Positions 59,696 through 64,000 of a stretch of DNA of 64,000 nucleotides are shown one piece after another; positions within the stretch are counted from its first letter, which is position 1, and every line of letters starts with the position of its first letter. The notes beneath the pieces are model-generated. The model worked only from the letters and a program-made list of their open reading frames with translations. It was not told the origin of the DNA and did not search any database. The stretch is taken from the NCBI GenBank assembly GCA_965218425.1, contig OZ244621.1, forward strand, positions 640,001-704,000, in the 5' to 3' direction. A program made the position numbers and the translations under genes. Origin of the DNA: an uncultured Candidatus Binatia bacterium. Its GTDB lineage: Bacteria; Desulfobacterota; Binatia; UBA9968; CAXXLF01.

Positions 59696-60682
59696 ATGGC
59701 GCAAACAGGAATTCTGGTGACCGGTGGAACAGGACTTGTAGGGGTCTATGCGGTAGCTATGCTCTTGGATCAAGGAGAACGGCCCGTTGTTTATGATGTG
59801 AAGCTGAACGAAAAGCTGCTCCACGCTGTGGGCGTGGACCCCAAAGCGGTCAGTTTGGTTCAGGGTGATATACTGGACTTGCCGGGGCTTAGATCCCTGA
59901 TCAAAAAAAACCATATCGACCGCGTAATCCACCTCGCGGCATCGCTGGGTGAGGAAGTGCAAAGACAACCCCACGTGGGCGCCCGGCTTAACGTCTTGGG
60001 AACGTTGAATGTCCTCGAAGCCGCACGGTTAGAGGGCATATCACGGGTGGTATACGGCAGTTCCGGGTCCGTCTACCTTGGTTCTCTTACCAAGGCAACC
60101 AAAAAGATTGACGAAACCATTCCCATCAATCCGCCGTCAATCTACGCCGCAACGAAAGCAAGTTCGGAATTGCTGGGTCATAGTTACGCACAGGGCTTCG
60201 GATTTGAGTTTATTATTGTCCGTTACGTCGGCGGTCTCTACGGACCATCCCCCGTATCTTTAAAGTCAACCCGGGAACAGGCCATTGGAGCCATGGTAAG
60301 GGCGGCCATCAAGGGCCAGCCCGCCTGCATCCAATGGCCCTATGGCCCATCGGAACTCGTGTATGGTAAGGACGCGGCAAAAGGGACTGTTCTGGCTTGC
60401 CTCAAGAGTAACCTTAAGGACCGTCTCTTTCACATCGGTAGTGGAGAATTGATAAGCGGAGATGACGTTGTTCAGGCACTGAAAAAACATTTTAACAACC
60501 TGAAAATCACGCTCAAAAAGAAAGGAAAGCCCCCCCTGCTCCACCCAGAATTGCAAACCTTAAACGATCATTCCCGCTCACGAGAGCGGCTTGGCTATGA
60601 GCCTGACTATCCGTTGGAAACCGCACTGAGTGACTACGCAGCCACCTTAAGAAAAATTGAAGCACCCTCGAGTCACCAGTAA
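59696..60682 (+). CDS. NAD-dependent epimerase/dehydratase
   Basis: LVTGGTGLVG, IHLAA, YAATK. Confidence 0.9.
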   Translation: MAQTGILVTGGTGLVGVYAVAMLLDQGERPVVYDVKLNEKLLHAVGVDPKAVSLVQGDILDLPGLRSLIKKNHIDRVIHLAASLGEEVQRQPHVGARLNVLGTLNVLEAARLEGISRVVYGSSGSVYLGSLTKATKKIDETIPINPPSIYAATKASSELLGHSYAQGFGFEFIIVRYVGGLYGPSPVSLKSTREQAIGAMVRAAIKGQPACIQWPYGPSELVYGKDAAKGTVLACLKSNLKDRLFHIGSGELISGDDVVQALKKHFNNLKITLKKKGKPPLLHPELQTLNDHSRSRERLGYEPDYPLETALSDYAATLRKIEAPSSHQ

Positions 60683-60705
60683 CTAAAAATGTTTCTGGAT
60701 TTTCC

Positions 60706-61896
60706 CTAGGAATTATCCAGATGGAAGAATTCCACGGCGTTACCCACCGTCATTTTGTACTGCTCGTCCTCGGGGACACCCACAAAGCTTTCCTCCAACA
60801 CGCGATTAGAGTTAGGCCAATCCGACTCGAGATGTGGAAAGTCGTTGGCCCACATGACCCGGTCCACTCCCATTTCTTGACGCGCAATGCGGACACCCGC
60901 CGGATTGCGATTGAATCCCCAATAGGCATGTTCCCTTGCGTACTCGCTTGGGAACTTGGCCAGTTGAGGCAGACCATAAACCCGCTCGACCCAGAAGCGC
61001 TGGCGGCCGTACTCGTTGTCCAGCTGATCCAACCAATTGGGAATCCAACCGATCTGGACCTCGGCGACATAGACGCTTAACTTCGGAAACCGGTCAAATA
61101 CTCCAGCCCAGATAAGCTGTGTGATTTGAATGGCCCCGCGAAAGCCGTACTTGTTGAACCGGTCCACCATATCCGGAACTGCAGCCTCGGGGTCCGGTTT
61201 CCGTACATAATTGAACGACGGTACAGGCGGAGGAGGCGCACCACGTTGCGGGAATCCAAACGCAACATGAATTGTCAGAGGCATCTGCATTTCAACCGTA
61301 GCCGTCCAAAACTGGTCGTCTTCCGGCGTGGGGAACCGCTTTCCTGAAGGGAAGGAGTTTAGGGCGATGGCCTTCAAGCCCAGTTTCTTGCAATGCTCCA
61401 GCTCAGCTATAGCGTCGCTCAAATTTGTCATGGGAATAACGCCCAACCCAATAAGACGATCCGGATTGCACGAGCAGTATTCCTCGGCCAACCAGTCATT
61501 GTAAGCGCGAATTACCGCTTTAAACGCATCGTCGTTCCTGATGCCGCGCCAAAAGGCGGGGCCCACATTGCCGGGAAACAACACCTCTGCGTCAACACCA
61601 TCCATGTCCTGCTCTTTCAGGCGTTGTTCGGGTGAGCCTGTTCCAGGCGAGTTTTCATAGTTCTCTCCTGGAAGGGGATCAAAGGGTCTTCGCTCCTCGT
61701 AGGGCCGGCCACAGGCGATGTTGGAAATTAGCCGCTCCAGAGGCTTGCCCTCCTGCAAGACCGCAAGTGTGCCGTCCTGGAGGGTAATCACCTGGGGGGC
61801 ATGATCCCGGTACTTCGCAGGGATTCGGTTCGTGTACCGATCGGGCCTGATCTCCAGGTGCGAATCCGCCGATATGCAATGATACTTCATTGTCAT
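60706..61896 (-). CDS. Amidohydrolase_2 family protein
   Basis: ISADSH, DGVDAEVLFP, YNDWLAE, MWANDFPH. Confidence 0.9.
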   Translation of the reverse strand: MTMKYHCISADSHLEIRPDRYTNRIPAKYRDHAPQVITLQDGTLAVLQEGKPLERLISNIACGRPYEERRPFDPLPGENYENSPGTGSPEQRLKEQDMDGVDAEVLFPGNVGPAFWRGIRNDDAFKAVIRAYNDWLAEEYCSCNPDRLIGLGVIPMTNLSDAIAELEHCKKLGLKAIALNSFPSGKRFPTPEDDQFWTATVEMQMPLTIHVAFGFPQRGAPPPPVPSFNYVRKPDPEAAVPDMVDRFNKYGFRGAIQITQLIWAGVFDRFPKLSVYVAEVQIGWIPNWLDQLDNEYGRQRFWVERVYGLPQLAKFPSEYAREHAYWGFNRNPAGVRIARQEMGVDRVMWANDFPHLESDWPNSNRVLEESFVGVPEDEQYKMTVGNAVEFFHLDNS

Positions 61897-61907
61897 TCCT
61901 TTCCGTT

Positions 61908-62624
61908 CTATGGCCAGCGATTACGTAAATCCGGACGAACTTTCCAATAGTCTTCAAATGCCTTTGGACCGGCACGTTCGTAAACCCGGTGGTGGACCTG
62001 CTTCTCCGCATGGTGCATTACAACTCGCTCCGAGTATTGGGTGTGCAGCATTTCCCCTTCCGCCGCCAAACGATCGGCACCGGTAAGATCCTCCAAGTAC
62101 TGCTCCAGTTCCACGGAGTTCATGATATTACAACGGTAAACCAAACGTCCGTCCTTGTGGATCACGAACACGGCATTGGGCCAGATGCAGTAGTTCCGGT
62201 GGACCGTCCCTGCCAGGTCGTCCACCAGGATGGGTACCCGCACGTCTTCCAGCCGTTGGAGCTCCCGGGCATGGGAGGCCTTTTGCTCCCAAGAGGTATG
62301 GTGGGGGTAGTTTTCACCGGGGTGAGATTCCCGTGTATAGAGAAGGAAAAAAAAGACCCCCCGCTTCTCGCACTTTTCACTGAGGCGATTGAACGCTGGA
62401 ATTTCGTAGGCGCACATGGGGCTGGTAATCGCACCAGTCATAAAGACCACATGGCCCCGGGTTCGCAACTCGCTTAGCCGGAGGATTTTTCCATCAAGGT
62501 CCTTTACCTCAAATTCTGGGGCCGGAAAACCGACCTTGGAAGGCATTAAGGCCCCCGGATTTTCCGGTGCCGCCGCCCCAAAGACAAAGTCCGGTGTATT
62601 ATACGCACGTTCTTCTTCGGTCAT
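61908..62624 (-). CDS. Thioredoxin-fold peroxiredoxin/deiodinase-like protein
   Basis: APEF..KDLDG, GAITSPMC, YTRESHPGE, LVDDLAG..H..Y..WPN; ATG at 62624. Confidence 0.7.
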   Translation of the reverse strand: MTEEERAYNTPDFVFGAAAPENPGALMPSKVGFPAPEFEVKDLDGKILRLSELRTRGHVVFMTGAITSPMCAYEIPAFNRLSEKCEKRGVFFFLLYTRESHPGENYPHHTSWEQKASHARELQRLEDVRVPILVDDLAGTVHRNYCIWPNAVFVIHKDGRLVYRCNIMNSVELEQYLEDLTGADRLAAEGEMLHTQYSERVVMHHAEKQVHHRVYERAGPKAFEDYWKVRPDLRNRWP

Positions 62625-62634
62625 TGATCCGCTT

Positions 62635-63657
62635 CTATCCTTTCCCTTCCTCTCGGTAAACTCCCATGGCCTCCAGCATCGGTCGGTCGGTTGTGGAAAA
62701 GAGGATGGCGGGCTTGTCACCCGAGCCGTTCACATGCCGATGCCAACTCCAATTGGGAACTACGAAGAAGTCCCCTTCCTCCCACGAGACCTTTTCTCCC
62801 TCCACCTCCGTAACGCCGTTTCCCTGAAAGGCGTGGTACAGGTGATTGGCGGTGTGACGGTGCTCCACTGTTCCATCACCCTCCTCCAGCATCTGGATCC
62901 AGCAGGAAAAGGTGGGGAAGGTGGGCCCACCATTGGGGTTACGGTATTCTAAAACACGCCCATCGTACGGGCTCTTATCACCCGGGAGCATTTCACGGAG
63001 AGCCGGCAAGGTCTCTCCCCACTTGTACACCAGTTTTTTCACGCTTTTGCCTGGAGGGGCAAGTGTGGTTGGGTTACGCACCACGTTGTCCACCGGGCTG
63101 TTAAAGAGCCTCACGTCTTCAGCAGGATGGGGCTCTTGAAACATGGTCCGCAACATTCCCATCAGACCGACGTCGAGACAGTCAATCCATACTGCGTCCC
63201 GCTCCGTTTCATTGACGTGGTTATGCCATCCCCAATTGGGTTGGATCAGCATGTCGCCACGTTCCATTACACATTTCTCACCGTTGGTAATCGTGTAAAC
63301 GTCCTTGCCGCCTTCCAGGACAAAGCGAATGGCTGCAGCCGTGTGCCGATGGGAATAGACCGCTTCCCCCGCCTTCACCAATTGCACGGCCATCCCCAGC
63401 GTATGGCTGGCACCGTAGGTCATATTGGGGTGGACGAGTTGGAGAACCCGGCGGGCCCCCATGTAATTGGTGGGGATCAGCCTTGCTGCCGCGTCCAATC
63501 CCTCCCTGATCTTGGACCATTTCCAGAGTTTTGGCGGACCGAAGGGTTTTGGCGCACGAATGATGTCCTCTCCCGAAGCCCAAAGGCCTCTCATGGATTC
63601 CTTTTCTAGTTCCTCATTGAAATCATTCAGCTCCGTGATTTCTTGCCATGTTGTCAT
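62635..63657 (-). CDS. Bicupin dioxygenase (gentisate 1,2-dioxygenase family)
   Basis: HRHTAAAIRF, PNWGWHNH, HRHT, VPNWSWHRH. Confidence 0.85.
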   Translation of the reverse strand: MTTWQEITELNDFNEELEKESMRGLWASGEDIIRAPKPFGPPKLWKWSKIREGLDAAARLIPTNYMGARRVLQLVHPNMTYGASHTLGMAVQLVKAGEAVYSHRHTAAAIRFVLEGGKDVYTITNGEKCVMERGDMLIQPNWGWHNHVNETERDAVWIDCLDVGLMGMLRTMFQEPHPAEDVRLFNSPVDNVVRNPTTLAPPGKSVKKLVYKWGETLPALREMLPGDKSPYDGRVLEYRNPNGGPTFPTFSCWIQMLEEGDGTVEHRHTANHLYHAFQGNGVTEVEGEKVSWEEGDFFVVPNWSWHRHVNGSGDKPAILFSTTDRPMLEAMGVYREEGKG

Positions 63658-64000
63658 GGTAGCCCCTTTGCAAAATTACTTGCGCCTGGTTAAAGCAACC
63701 CAACTATTCAAATTGATGTAATTTTTATATCGCCAGGAAAAGGCCATTGTCAACCTGCAGTCCCAAACAACGAGACAACTAGGTCACAGGAATGAAACTG
63801 TCTTTTCTTATTCAGACTCGGGCGCATTGACGAATCTTGGCCGTCCGGCTACACTCCATTTCTTTTTGGATGAAAGTACAGGATTGGAAGAGCTCGGCGA
63901 AACAAATCAAGAAGATAAAGTCGTTACCGTCCACCCCTGGTCGTCTCTCCTCATACGTGACTTCGTTTTGATTTGGACCTCAGGACTGTTTGCGGCCACC

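Overview
Bacterial chromosomal window of moderately high GC. The gene content (UbiD, xanthine-dehydrogenase family, amidohydrolase, cupin) resembles Binatia/deltaproteobacteria-like metagenome bins, but this is only a weak inference. Ordinary metabolic and transport genes occupy about 1-6.6 kb, 41.5-51.3 kb and 56.8-64 kb. A mosaic accessory/defence region lies at about 6.6-41.5 kb, with a second scarred block at 51.3-56.8 kb. The island holds: (i) a BREX-related/restriction-like operon (DUF499-like ATPase, PglZ-like phosphatase, embedded VapBC pair, DUF1156-type adenine methyltransferase, small unknown gene, SNF2 helicase); (ii) a coupled Hsp90-like ATPase + Sir2-HEAT pair; (iii) a GHKL-ATPase + tandem-PRTase pair; (iv) nucleases, a Y-family polymerase cassette, HigBA and many gene fragments. 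The most striking structure is non-coding. A 50-bp GGGGTCAGACCTTGACATTTGACA... core occurs six times, and related GGGGTCA/TGACCCC motifs sit at cassette borders and gene truncation points. These motifs also end remnants of REP-associated (Y1 HUH) tyrosine transposases. Several internally deleted IS110/IS1111-type mini-elements, which keep a conserved structured right-end non-coding module (bridge-RNA candidate), abut the same motif. All family assignments come from motif recognition by eye, not from database searches.
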